The position numbers and the translations under genes were made by a program. A stretch of DNA of 64,000 nt from contig JANJGN010000151.1 of assembly GCA_026770705.1 (NCBI GenBank), positions 1 through 64,000 of the forward strand. The letters are read 5' to 3'. Under the pieces are notes generated by a model that worked only from the letters and a program-made list of their open reading frames with translations, was not told the origin of the DNA and did no database searches. Position 1 is the stretch's first letter. Every line of letters begins with the position of its first letter. Shown piece after piece: positions 12,266 to 24,903 of the stretch. The stretch is from Isurus oxyrinchus. Taxonomy: Eukaryota.

Positions 12266-13469
12266 TTTCCTTCTTTCATTCATTCTTTCTCAGCACCAAC
12301 TCCACACTGCAGAGACTCGATCTCTAAGTTTAGCCCTGATACTTAAAATAAAGTATTTGATAACATGAGAAGTCATTTTTGAGTTTTGATCCCGAATGTG
12401 CTGTCCGAAAGGAAGCTGGACCCAGACTAAACAATAAATTCCAAATGGGAATTGGATAAATGCTGGAAAAGGGGGACTTGGTGAAAAAAGCAGAGGAGTG
12501 TAAGGAACTGCTAGTTATCTACTAATTCTAAAGGAAAATACAGCTAGAGTTATGGATCCAATCCATTCCTTTCATAACGTCATCTGTTGGAAAGTCGAAA
12601 CAAATTTGCAATTTACTCATCAATACAATCACGGCCGGCTTTCAGCTCATTTTTTAAAAGCCGGCAGTTTTTTTTTTTGCCCCCGCACTCCTATTCCCTA
12701 CCACTCGTCCCTCCAGACATTGTAGTCCGAGGCCATCACCTAGTTCGCCGACTGGAGGCGCCTCTCCTGCTAACTGAATAGTTCTTTCAGAAACCCGGCA
12801 AAACGCAGTTGTCGATTGGCTTCACCCGATGCTGTGTGGGTGTAAACTGCGCTTTTCGCGACGTCAGGCCAACCGAAAAGTACTTCACGGTGGCTCTGGG
12901 GGCGAGAGGTTATCGGGGATTGGCAGGAATCTCAGGCCGAGGTTACAATAAAATCAGTCATGACCTTATTGAATGGTGGAACGAACTCGAGGGGCCGAGT
13001 GGCCTATTCCTGCTTCTAGTGCGTATGTTAACATGGTCCAGTGTAATATGAGCAGCGACAGGGAAGGTCTGGTATGATAGAATGAAAAACGGTTTCAAAT
13101 GTAATATGAATAAAGATAAAAGGTGTCATGACGTAATCACTGGGGTAGTATTTAATTTGACAAGAGGAGATGTGCTTTAATGCGATGGAGGCAATGTGTA
13201 GTTGATTAATACTAGGGCCAGTAAGTAATATAATATGAACAAAGGCACGGTGTATTGCATTGATAATTGAGGCCGGGACTTCCGTTATGTAAATAAAACC
13301 GTGCTCAAGGACAATAACAATGGAAGCATGATCGTGTGTAAATTAAACAAAGGCATATCCGTTTGTAGTAATAAATGAGACAGCGTTTAGTTCAATATAA
13401 CCAGGGGCATGCATTAGTAAACATGAATAATGATGTGCTTCGCACAGACGAGCACGCTATGTCTTATAT

Positions 13470-13675
13470 CCACAGGGTGGATGTGGAAAATATGTTTCCC
13501 CTTTTGAGGGAGACTAGAACTAGGGGACAGAGTTTAAAAATAAGGGATCTCCAATTTAAGTTGAGGAGAATTTTTGTCGCTCAGCAGTTCAAGGGTCTGG
13601 GTAGCCTCTGCCCCAGAGAGTGGTGGAGGCAGGGTTATTGAATATTAGTAAAGCTGTGTTAAATAGATAATGTCA
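13470..13675 (+). mobile_element. CR1-type LINE 3' fragment
   Basis: RVDVENMFPL.RETRTRGQSLKIR. Confidence 0.75.
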
Positions 13676-13679
13676 AACG

Positions 13680-14000
13680 GCCATGGTTAGATTCTCTCTT
13701 GTTGAAGATTTTCATTGCCTGGCACTTGTGTTGCTTCAATGTTATCTGCCCCTTCTCATCCCAAGTTTTAGATCTTGCTGCATTTGGACATGGGCTGCTT
13801 CAGTATCTGAGGAGTCGCGAATGGTGCTGAACGTTGTGCAATTATCCGCCAAATATCCCCACTTCTGGCTTTATGATGGAAGGAAGGTCACTGATGAAAC
13901 AGCTGAAGGTGGTTGGGCCTAGGACACTACACAGGAACTCTTGCAGTGATGTCCTTGAACTGAGATGACTGACCTTCAACAACAACGACCATTTCAGTGA
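13680..14000 (-). mobile_element. Second LINE family, RT fragment
   Basis: VLGPTTFSCFISDLPSII; homologous to 58510-59650. Confidence 0.75.
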
Positions 14001-14914
14001 CGGTGATTGGTGGAGAAATATTGTCCAGGCCAATTTCCCTTCTCTGCTTCAAAATAGTGGTCTACTCATCCGAAAGCCGGCCCCTCTGACTGTGCATATT
14101 TCCCTGAGGACTGAAGTGATGAGTCGTTATAGATTTTGGGGGACATGTCTCCTGAAGCTTCTTGTCCAGAGGCGGTAGGGTGGGTAACTGAGCCTCGGCT
14201 GACAAGTAGTGTTTGCGGAAGGGCCTTTGTATTGTTATGCATGTGCACCTTTCTGCAAATGTATATAGTTTATATACACACTTTCAAGGAAATGAATACA
14301 AATCGTTTATAGTGGTGATCAGGCTGATGACTAACATATTGGGTGCAGTGACCTCTCGGCGACTCGATCACAGGCCCTCCTGCACGGGAAGTCAGTTTCC
14401 GTCAGGGTCTCCTCAGTAAATTCTCGGATTGTTGTTTCCGACAGATTACGCATGCCCCGTGAGCGGACAGAATCTGTGAACAGACTGGAGACAGAATCCT
14501 GGTAATCCCAGGACGTGGGGACCCCTCAACAGCATAACCCATAAAAAAGGATTGAAATGAAGAGAAGGAAATTTAAAGAAATAAACTTTACTGGCCCCCT
14601 GGAAGCAGGGAGCCATTACATTTTAACCCTGGAATCAAATATCACACGAAAAGAGAAATAGCCTCTTACAGATGCAGGATGTCAGTAAGCACTTCCCAAC
14701 CGGACGAAGTACCTTTCCAGTGTAGCCGCTGTTCTGATGTTAGTAATATTATTTACACAGTGGGCAGTGGGAATCTTTGATTCTCTGCCAGAAAGGGTTG
14801 TCTGTCTGACTCTTATAGTGGAGTGAAGGGATTTGAGTGTTCCGGTATTTTCCTGATATTTTGAAGTTGTGACCAATAGTGACCAAAATATTCGGTCACG
14901 AAAAGATGAACTGG

Positions 14915-15032
14915 TCTCTCCCTCCCTATATCTCTCTCTCTGTCTCTTTGTCTCTGTCTCTCTGTCCCGCCCTCTATCTCTCTGTCTCGCTCTATCTCTC
15001 TCTTTTTCTCACTATCTCTCTCTCTCTCTCTC
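14915..15032. repeat. (CT)-rich microsatellite
   Basis: Directly visible. Confidence 0.9.
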
Positions 15033-15679
15033 AATGCGATAACCTTTTACTTCGGACTATGCAGTTATATTGGACCAAAAAATATAATGATTTATAGGCC
15101 TCAACCTCTAAGTATCTTCTGTAATTCAGCTATCGATTCTTAACCTATATACACTATTGTTTACAGTAACATCTCACAACGCCAAAATATTTCCAGTATT
15201 CCCCAACTGTCACGTGTCAGAGCCGTGAACTGACGGCTTGCTACGTTTTCTGCAAAGATAAGGTCCTGGAGCGCCATGTAGTGGGATCCTGCCTGTAAAA
15301 CAACGACTCTCAATTTATTCTCGAATATTGCTGAATGATATTGCTGGATCACTATTCTGCCACGTGATTATGATTCTGGTAGCTTTAGTTTTACTATTAC
15401 TGGAAGTGCTATCTTTTCGATGTTTTGCGTATACTACCGTTACTAATTAATATTCATTCCTAGACTATTTGACTCAATTTTCTGACGTGCCCACGTCATT
15501 CGGACAGTACCTGTTCATTTGCATAGATAGGGGGGCATCTTGTTCGTAAATTCATAAATCCGTAACTGATGAGGTTGTGATCGATCATTTCAGAAGAATG
15601 TAATGCTTGCAAACACTTTAATCATCAAAGAACGATGTCAATCAAATTTCAGGATGCCAGATATATATGAGCATACAAA

Positions 15680-15958
15680 TACCCCGCCATCCAATAAGGT
15701 CATGTCTGATTTGATTGTAAACTCTCACCTAACCCCGGTTACCTTCCACTCCCTTGTTTATCAAAAAATGATCACCCTCTCCTTGAAAAGATTCAAAGAC
15801 GCTGTTTCCCCTGCCCTTTGAGGAAGGGGGTTCCAAACACTTACTCTTTCTGAGAGAAAATTTTCCTCTCATCTCTGATTTAAATAGGAGACCCCTTATT
15901 TTTAAACAGTGACCCCTAGTTCTAGCTTTTCCCACAAGAGGAAAGATCCTTTCCATGC
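15680..15958 (-). mobile_element. CR1-type LINE 3' fragment
   Basis: MERIFPLVGKARTRGHCLKIRG. Confidence 0.8.
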
Positions 15959-16124
15959 GTGATTTATTTTTATAGAGGTCGTTAATCTGTATGCTGTACT
16001 ATTATGAAATAATAAAAAAATATTTTTATTCAGTTACTCGGATGATGAACAGTTTTTTTTTGCAGAATCACTCCCGCTTCTTAAGCCCATGTCCCGATTG
16101 TCTCCCCAGTCCCCATGTCGAATG

Positions 16125-16444
16125 AGTTCTAGCGCAGTCTCCTCCCCTCCGTACCTCCACGTGTTTCACTGCACTGTTCTTCACCGTAGCAACTGAGAAC
16201 TTAAACGAGTGAACGGTAAGAGTGGTAGAGCCTTTCACATGGTCCACAGATACTTTAAATCTTCATTCAACTCTTTCATCACTGAATATGGAGAAGAGAT
16301 GCTCTGGGAGCGCAATTAGAGAATTGGCAGTGCAAGAATGTAAGTTCATTTGCAGCGAAAGTAGAGTTATGGTGAAGCAAAATGAATGTCCTTGCGTTCC
16401 CGATAAACCAATACCAGAATTTGTTTCCCAGTGACAAGGAGTAG
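16125..16444 (-). pseudogene. TCR alpha/delta V pseudogene with degenerate 23-RSS
   Basis: Acceptor ttttggcag; LHCQFSNCAP (from WYRQ..) / PEHLFSIFSDERVE*RFKVSVDHVKGSTTLTV...AVK; CACGTGG + 23 + GCTAGAACT. Sister of 37330-37563. Confidence 0.65.
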
Positions 16445-16729
16445 CTGCCAAAAAAAGAATGAAACTAATATAATGATACATACAAGGAAAACTAAATGTA
16501 GTGCTTGTGGAAAAAGGTAGAATAAACTGATCAGTCCACCCAACCACCTATCCACCCTGGGTCCACCTGAGTTAACGGTTCTGTAAGAATAGCCCATAAT
16601 TATCAGCTATAGGAACTCCACTTCTGAGAGATTTCATTACCTCTGTTGGCAAATCGATATTCCGAGTAAGTTCGGAACTGGTTACGCTACAAATAGCTGC
16701 ATGGAAATAGCTTGGCTTGCTTGGACACG

Positions 16730-17060
16730 ATGGTGTGCTGGTATTATCCTTACAATAGTGCTTTAAGAATCCGGGCTAACCCTTTGGGGGCTCCGGTTCG
16801 AATCCCGCTTTAGTGGAATTTAAATTCAATTTAAAAGTATAATGATGACCATAAAACGGTTGTTATAAAAACCCATTTGGTTCACTGTTGTACTTTAGGG
16901 AGGGAAATCTGTCTTCCTTACCTGGCCTGGCCTACATGTGGCTCCAGGCCCACAGCAATGTGGTTAACTCTAAAATGTCCACTGAACAAGGGCAATTTGG
17001 GGATGGGCAACAAATGCTGGCCTAGCCAGTGACGCCCACATCCCATGAAAGAACAAACAT
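16730..17060 (+). mobile_element. tRNA-derived SINE sharing its 3' tail with the second LINE family
   Basis: B-box GGTTCGAATCCC; tail gggatgggcaacaaatgctggcctagccagtgacgcccacatcccatgaa matches the LINE ends at 27170, 31930, 53000 and 59640. Confidence 0.8.
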
Positions 17061-17251
17061 TTTCCCCCCAAAACTGTCTCTATGTGGATTTAGACAAGGA
17101 CAAAAAGAGCAATAAAACTGCGGTAAATAGACCTGTCTGTTTTGCTTTTCAGGAATCCAGGATGAAACCCTTCCCATTCACAAAAGCACATAAGAAAGCT
17201 TATCGAAGCTGTAAGTTCTCGCTGAGGTATGGGGTTCTAGCTGTGATCGAA

Positions 17252-17787
17252 CGCTGTGCCTCATTGCAGAGTAATACACCGCCCCGTCCTCCACACTCAG
17301 TTCGCTTATGTTGAGGTAACCGTTCTTTTGAGACATGTCAGCAGCCGCCAGATACCGTCCTGAAATTTAATTTTTCTTCAGTGCTAAGACATTGGTAATA
17401 ATCCATCTTGGTGGCTGTGCCGTCTGCTGCCGATACCATTGCCTGTAGTTTAGATTCCGATCTGTATATTCACAATCTAACTGCACCAAACCCCCTTCCG
17501 ACACCGTTAGTGCGACCGGGGACTGAGTTACTGGATGTGCGCATCGTCCGCCTGTGAGGTAGAGGAATGAAATATCAAGCGGTTAAACAGTGTTGATCTC
17601 AATTTGTTTGTAGCTGTTTGGGTTTGCAGAACCTCCTATCTACCTAGTTATCCATACTATGGATATTTCTGATCGTGAATTCTACTAAAAACTATCGCAA
17701 TCTCTGTACACTAATCTACCGATCTGTCTTGATCAACTTAATCCAGTACTTACTGTCGAACAGCGCCGTCAGTATTATCAGCAACAT
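17252..17787 (-). pseudogene. TCR alpha/delta V pseudogene with leader
   Basis: Leader 17787-17754 MLLIILTALFD|GTAAGT. V 17551-17259 HPVTQSPVALTVSEGGLVQLDCEYTDRNLNYRQWYRQQ...KN*ISGRYLAAADMSQKNGYLNISELSVEDGAVYYSAMR (stop, Cys104->Ser). Heptamer CACAGCG; nonamer poor. Confidence 0.92.
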
Positions 17788-18889
17788 GTCAGACTGAATC
17801 TCTCTCAGCGAATGTGAATGGAATGAGCGAGAGATGGAGAAGGAAAGAGGGAACCCGGGCTCTGCCCAGCTCATTGTTCCTCCCGCACACTGCGGGGGGC
17901 AAGGCCCATTGTGACCTCACTCAGGAAACCATCCCTATTGGTTTTGCCGTTTCCACCACGTGACTTAGTGACGCCCATGCTTGAATTTGGCACCCTCCGC
18001 TGGTGATTTCGGTTAAATCAGTGTTCGATGCGGCCGTTGAATGGACTCAGGGTTTATTGAAATACATATCAAGAAACGAATGCTCCCCAGGAATCTGAAT
18101 TGGAGCTGTTCAGACAGTCATTGCGGCTGCTGATCTTTAGGTCGGGCGTGATGTTAAATCTGTAGAAATGATTGCTGGAGTTCTATGTCCAAAGCCTGAG
18201 CACTACGAAGTAGAAGGAATGTCAAGATTTTGGAGAAAGTGCGGACGCTTCACATCAGAATGGCACCAGATATGTGGACGTTTATGCGAACAGACTAGGC
18301 AAACGTGGATGCTTATCCTCGCAACAAAGAAGGTAGAAGAGAGATTCAATTGATGTGCCAAAAATTGTCCTTTATTCAGAGTAGAACTCAATTTCTTCCA
18401 TTGTCAGAAGATTCAATAACCAAATCACCTCGATTTCATGAAAAGATTTGAGGGAAAGATCTGTTTTATTTATTACATTGTATATGTTACCATCTTGAAT
18501 ACGATGCTTGAAATGTTGGAGAAAGGGGTTTCAATCATAAATTTCAATGCGGAATTGTCCTAATTTGGAAAAGGAAAACAACGTGGAAAATGCAGGCTCT
18601 GAAAGGCGATTGGGATCGGTCTTTCAAATAGACACAAATACGGTCCTCATTCCATCCCCTAACTTACAATGCTTCTGCTCCCTTCCTGCCCATCGCGCAC
18701 TATTTATTCTCAGTCACTTGATGAGTGAACAGGTGCAGGATGCTCACGGTCTCCTGGAGCTTCAACCGTCGCTATTTCCGCTCCAACACTTCCGGCTGCA
18801 GCTGTTCATCGCCGCGCACTTTGATCAGTCTTCAATCTCCTGTATCCTCGGCCATAGCTTCCGTTTGTTCCTCTCCTCAGGCCCGAATT

Positions 18890-19150
18890 TGCCAGAGACA
18901 GTTTGATCTTTACTTGATTTGACAGGTTGATAGTTAATCGATCTGAGAGACTTAAGTTGAAAAGTGAAGTACTTCCTGGAGGTGATGTGGCACATTAATC
19001 ATATGTCTAGAATTAACACAAAAAGGCGGAAAAGAGTTTAATCTTTAATGGATCTGAGAGACAGTTTAATCTTTAATCTATCATGGGAGACAGTTTTCTC
19101 TCTAATTCATCTGAGAGACAGTTTGATTTTTAATTGATCTCTCTATAGAC
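18890..19150. repeat. Short degenerate tandem repeat (about 30 bp, GATCTGAGAGACAGTTT core)
   Basis: Core recurs about 5 times; a similar unit at about 29760-29800. Confidence 0.7.
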
Positions 19151-20295
19151 ATATATCTCTCTGTGTATGTATGCTTCTCCTTGTCCTCGTGTGCCTGTGC
19201 GTGCGTGCTTGAGTTGATGCACTTCAGAGTACGTGTTTGATTTTGCATGTCTGTGTGTGCACCTGCAAGTGCTTTTATGTATTTCTCTGTGTGCTAATCT
19301 CTGCGCGTGTCCATTGTGTGGGTCTGTGCCACCAGACTTTTTCCAATGCTGTGTGCGAGGCTTCGCCTGGACACAGCAGGGCTCTACTGGGACATTTGAT
19401 GAAGAATTTTCAACCCAAATACAGTTGAATTAGGTCAGTAACTTTCTTACTTTTGTGCTAATTCTGGATATGTGATTAATGGGCCACATTACCTCCAAGA
19501 ATTACTTCACTTTTCAACTTAATAAAAAACAGGAGCGAATATTCCCACAGAGAGAAAAGACAGAGTAAAATAGGCAGAAAGTGATATCGAGAGAAAAAGA
19601 GGGAAACAAGTAGACAAAGCTAGAGGAGAAAGAGGAAGAGAGAGGGAGAAAAAAGTGGTATTGGGGGGGCGGGATATGGGGTGGTGTTGGCGGGGTGCAG
19701 AATGTGTGGCATTCTATGTAAGATCCCTCTTTATATCGGCTGAGTATTTTTCACGGTCATCGAGAAGCTTTTTTAACGGGAGACTCGAACACTGGTCAGA
19801 GAAAAACTTTAAATATTACCCATCATCGTTCCACATCAAAGATTGACCCACTTAAAGAAACTATATCGGCTTCAATGCAGTTTTCATTATTCCACACTCC
19901 AGAGCGTAGTCGCTGAGTTTATGTTAGACTGAGGTTGCTAGATCTTTGGGTTTGAAGGGAAACAAGGGACCTGGATTTAGTGCAGGAAGGTAGATGAGAG
20001 TTAGATAGGTAGATTAGAGATAGCTGGTGCTGCAGGGTCGAGAGACCGAGTGCCCGACTCCAGCTCCTGTTTCATATGTTCGTATGCTCTCTCTGCTTAT
20101 TTGGAACTCTCTGGCGACACGGATTGAAGGAACTGTGAGCTGATTGGATGAATTAAAGGACAAAGAGCTGTGAGCTCAGTCAGGAATAAACCAATCGGAC
20201 GCGGGGCCGGATATTACTCAACATCTTCTTAACTCTTCACTAAAACAATTCTGGTTGGAATCAATCTATTCAAATCCGCCATCGGCTCTGCAAAC

Positions 20296-20802
20296 ATGTT
20301 GTCTGTTCATTCTTCACAGCTGCGATTCTCTTAACTGGTAAATTGCAAAGTTACGCAATTTTCATTTTGCAGGTTATACTGGCACAGTGATCTTCCTTTT
20401 AACTATGTTTCCCTTTATTTATAAAGGGCTCCGTTAACATGATAACCCTGATTGTAACAGTGATAATAAGAAGTTGAAGTTCTGTACTTTGAATTTTCTG
20501 CAGACTCGGTGTTACAGGAGCCGGTTGCAGGAGCACAGTTTGAAGGAGACTCGCTGACCATTAATTTCAGCTATTCGACCACGATTGGTTTCTGCTTCTT
20601 GCAACTGTACCATCAGGAAGGCGAAAAAGCCCCCACAATATTGACCTGTAACCCTTACGCTGGGGTTGTTTTCAACGCAGAGGGCGCGGGGACTCGATTA
20701 TCCGCATCTCTCGACACTTCCAGAAGTGAGGAGAATTTCACGAACCGCGACCTGCGGCTGCCTGACAGCGCGGTGTATTACTGCGGGCTGAGAGACACAG
20801 TG
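20296..20802 (+). pseudogene. TCR alpha/delta V pseudogene
   Basis: Frameshifted leader 20296-20337. V 20504-20795 DSVLQEPVAGAQFEGDSLTINFSYS...LQLYHQ...DSAVYYCGLRD (no Cys23 or Trp41). CACAGTG at 20796; spacer and nonamer disrupted. Confidence 0.92.
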
Positions 20803-21852
20803 ACAGGAACCAGACGGAGCCTTCCTCGTAGAGGAACACTGCAGAAACGTGACCCGTTGAACGGAATGGCGGGTAGAGTGGGGAGGAACAAAGACTTTCA
20901 AAGCATATAACCGGAATGTGCTCATTTAAAGTAAATCCAAATAAATAACAAGCCGATAGCAACAGGTGCAGCATTTTGAATTTTTCCATTTAGATCGAAT
21001 ACATCCTGAGCATAATGTAAAATGTGTTCAGAAAAGTCATCCTATTTTTGTAAATTAAAGAATAAACGGCAGAAATGCTGAGCAAAATAGTTGAGCTTAT
21101 GTTCCAGCCGTTACAGAGGGTACACACAACACAAATGCAGCATCAGTTATATATCACTGAAGGGAGGCGCAGCAAAAAAGGACAAAGGCTTTGCATTTTC
21201 ATAAAGCCTTACCTAGTGTGTTCAGATTTCCCAAAGCGCTTTCAGTGCTCAAACTTTCTGATACTTAAAAAAAAAGCTTTAGTATTCAGTCGGTTACCTG
21301 GTCATCTGTTCCGGTGCCTAGAACACAGCAGCCTGTCCTTGTGGATTATACAATCTATTAATCATTGTTCATCAGCTTCTAATCATGTCTTGAAAATAAC
21401 CTCTTTGTGCCTGTTTATTTTATAGGTTCTTAATTTCAATATATGGAAACAACTAATATCGAGAGATGTTTAATCAGGTCATTATATTTATTCGGATTCT
21501 CCTCACCTAGTGGCCTTATGTCTCACTACTGGCTATTTCAACACAAAAGAAACATTTGTTCCTTTGCCATCAGTTGTTTCATGAACAGCAGTGCACTGAT
21601 ATAAATCGGCGCAGGCCACTTTCATGTGTTTGTATTCTCAATGGATATGGCGATCTCTCAGACATTCCCAAATAAGCAATAGGATTCTGCCCCCCACATT
21701 TAATACAGTAATCAGACTGAATCAATATTCAATGCGAGCGATTTAGATGGTGATTCCGTGGATTGTGCTCGAACAGAATGGATTGACGTGCCAGTGTCTG
21801 ACCCGCTGTTATAAACAGCCCTCAACAGACAGCAGCTGTGCTCCAGAAAGTG

Positions 21853-22061
21853 AGACTCAGTGCACAGCAATAGACCGCGGTGTTAGACAGCCACAACTCC
21901 AAGATCGTCAATCGATACAACTGCTGGACTATATTAGAAAACCGGCTCTGAGCGAAATCCGCCTTAAATACTGAACTGCCACCCATGAGCCTCCGGACTG
22001 CAAATTCGGGCTGTCTGCCTGGGTACTGCCGGTACCAGCATAAGGAATCAGCATCGTCGGT
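21853..22061 (-). pseudogene. 5'-truncated TCR V pseudogene
   Basis: DDADSLCWYRQYPGRQPEFAVRR...ADFAQSRFS...LTILELWLSNTAVYCCALS; FR1 and leader replaced by a Penelope fragment. Confidence 0.88.
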
Positions 22062-22735
22062 ACAGGGTGGAGTGTTGAAATGCATGTCCACCCTCTCATG
22101 CCCACATGTCCATCCTTGGCCTGCTGCAATGTTCCAGTGACGCTCAACGCAAACTGGAGGAACAGCACCTCATCTTCTGACTAGGCACTTTACAGCCTTC
22201 CGGACTGAATATTGAGTTCAACAATTTTAGATCATGAACAGTCTTCTCCATCCCCACCCCCTTTCCGACCCCCCTTTTTTCCAATAATTTATATAGATTT
22301 TTCTTTTCCCGCTTATTTCCATTACTTTTGAATGTATTTCCATCCATTGTTTTATCTCTATTTCGATCCCTTCCCCCCACCCCAACCCCACAAGGGCTAT
22401 CTGTACCTTGCTCGTCCTGCTTTCTACCCTTAATGTCACCTATTAGCACATTTCTTATCTAATATCACCACTGTCAACATCTCTGTGGCCTTCTGTCTAT
22501 GACATCTTCTGGAAATCTCCACCTATCACTGGCCCTCTATCCAGCTCTACTTGTCTCCACCACCGCACCCCCCACCACCACCCCCCCCCCCCGCCCCCCA
22601 TTAAACGAGCTTATATTTCACCTCTCTTTTATTTTTCCTTAGTTCTGTTGAAGAGTCATACGGACTCAAAATGTTAACTGGGTTCCTCTCTGCAGATGCT
22701 GTCAGACCTGCTGATTTTTACCAGGTATTTTTATT
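22062..22735 (+). mobile_element. Penelope-like element 3' fragment with a short 5' inversion
   Basis: AQRKLEEQHLIF*LGTLQPSGLNIEFNNFRS plus 3' UTR homologous to 48840-49490; 22062-22083 is an inverted copy of the adjacent element sequence. Confidence 0.9.
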
Positions 22736-22744
22736 GTCATATTA

Positions 22745-23024
22745 GATGGAGGTTCGGTGTAGTTATATTGTGAATAAAAAACCATGGATATTTACTACAA
22801 GCAATGGTAACGGCAGAAACCAACACATCCTCCAGGCTGGATAATCAGCAGAACAGTGGTGCTGAAAGAAGGCAAAAATCTCAGGACAATATCTGGTGGC
22901 TGCTGACAGGTCTACAAAGTCTGGTTACCTCAAAAAAAGCGGTCTGAGTATGAAGGCCAGCGCGGTCTATTATGGCGCAGTGAAACACAGCGTCAGATAA
23001 CAGCCAAGTCGCCGTATAAAATCC
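22745..23024 (+). pseudogene. 5'-truncated TCR V pseudogene with 23-RSS
   Basis: DGGSV*LYCE*KTMDIYYKQW*RQKP...ISGQYLVAADRSTKSGYL...SAVYYGAVK; CACAGCG (22986) + 23 + ATAAAATCC. Sister of 17259-17551. Confidence 0.88.
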
Positions 23025-23703
23025 TGAGTGACTACTCACAACACTGTCAAGCGTTCTTTTGCGCTTTTACCGGTGGGGAATTTGATCCCGAGGAAGCCCA
23101 TGGAGAAAGATTGGTAGGTTTATTTCTCAAATTGTTGTATTACTCTCTTGGTCCTTTCCTACGTCAACAGGGAGCTTGGATGGAAATATTGAGATCTAAC
23201 TCAATGTTTCGAGCTACACCTCCTCAGTAAATACCTCGGATCTCACCCGGAATATTAATGTGTCAGCAGAGCTAGAGAAAGTTATCAGGTATGCAGTAAC
23301 TGCAGCCTAACATCATTATCTTTTCTTCCAGACCGTTAACCCAGAGGGATGCAGGAACTCTCACTCTCTCTCTCCCTCTTGCCTGTAACAAAGCACAGAA
23401 TGCGCCAAAGTTTAGGACTAGACTTAAACATGAAATACCCAATGATTATTTCAACACTGGCCCACTGAACACATTTTCAGAAGGAACATGGGAGGCACAT
23501 GGTGTCTTATTTCCATTTTGACAGGACATAAATGAATATTAAACGGATGTTGAACCTTCTGGTCTGATCTTATAGTGTGAATTCTGATCTGGGCAGTATT
23601 CACTTATTAGGGGACTGAGGGCCCTTTTCCAGTCAGATTGTTATCAAATTCCCAGTTCTTTAATGAGGGCAGAGGCTACAAATTGTCACCCTCTCCCTCA
23701 GAA

Positions 23704-23975
23704 GGCTTTTCTATGATCCTTATTGCGAGGTAACACCTTCTGTCTCAAACGAACAGAAATAGGTGGCACCATCTGTCACTGAAGTGTTGCTAACATTCAG
23801 AGCACTTCACTATGCTAAATTGGGCCAAACTTTGATCCTTTTCCGATCGCTGGTACTTCTCGCCAGGTGCTGCACTGTTTAGTCCGGATATTGTCTGTAC
23901 CGTTGTAGGATCCGCCCTGCTACTGTGATAAAACACGTCAATGTTACAATGTCCCCTTCTGCAACAACCGCTTAC
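23704..23975 (-). pseudogene. TCR V pseudogene (short, 5'-truncated)
   Basis: AVVAEGDIVTLTCFITVAGRILQRYRQYPD*TVQHL...SALNVSNTSVTDGATYFCSFE; CAGAAGG + 23 + AGAAAAGCC. Confidence 0.82.
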
Positions 23976-24171
23976 TGTCATGTTCCATCACTGCCAGTTA
24001 CATTAGATATAATGGCACATAATTAGTAAAATATAACGCAATTCCTTATATCATACAACAATAAAATACAAAATAACAAAATACATGTTGATAGAATACA
24101 GGAAAATGCAATCCAACAGAATATAGCATAATTATATTTTTATATATATCTACATATATATACATATATAT

Positions 24172-24445
24172 AATTCGAACCCCGACAAATCCTGAAATTT
24201 GAATTCAATACAAATCTGGGAATATGACCATGAAACCACTGTCGGTTGTCGTAAAAACCCATCCGGTTCATTTATACTCTTTAGGGGAGGAAATCTGCCA
24301 TCCTTATTTGGTCTGGCCAACATGTGACTCCAGTCCCACAGCAACGTGGTTAACGCTTAAATACACTCTGAACAAGGTCACCTAGGGAGGGATGGGTAAT
24401 AAATGGTGGCCCGGCCAGCGACGCCCACACCCCATAAACGAATAA
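24172..24445 (+). mobile_element. SINE, same family as 16730-17060
   Basis: Shared body (gaccatgaaacc...aaaacccatc..ggttca) and shared tail. Confidence 0.8.
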
Positions 24446-24887
24446 TATATATTATGTTGTGGCAATATATATTGCACTATATACGATATTATAGTCATAT
24501 TGTATCTAATGTTGTGTGCCGCAATCACGTGGAGGATAGAGTGAGAAATCCAGAGAGGCCACCAATAAAATGAAGCTAAGCTTCATGTCGTGTCCTATCA
24601 ACTTCGGTAAATTAATTGTCGGCAGATCCAGGTCAGGGTAACTGCTTCTGGAGAAGTTAGTGCTGTTGTGCATCAATCTTAACGAACACAAGAACACTGT
24701 ACCCGCTAGGAACAGGCTTCTGGGGCTTCACTTCACAGAGTGAAGTATTTCTCGCTCAGCTTTGTTGGAAGATGGGAGGAGCGTCCGTTTCATTATCCTG
24801 AATCAGACCGAATAATGGAAACAGAAAGAACACAAATCGTGAGCAATGGTCTCTGTGATCCTCTCAAAGGTGACCATTTAAACCAGA

Positions 24888-24903
24888 CCACCAGGTGGCG
24901 GTG
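24888..24903 (+). promoter_or_regulatory. Candidate CTCF site
   Basis: CCACCAGGTGGCGGTG matches the CTCF core. Confidence 0.5.

Noticed and set aside
15517-15524. Octamer ATTTGCAT (also ATGCAAAT near 38317)
   Set aside because: No adjacent leader or IgH-type V; expected by chance in 64 kb.
18700-18900. GC-rich exon-like stretch (MAEDTGD*...)
   Set aside because: Contains stops and no family I can recognise.
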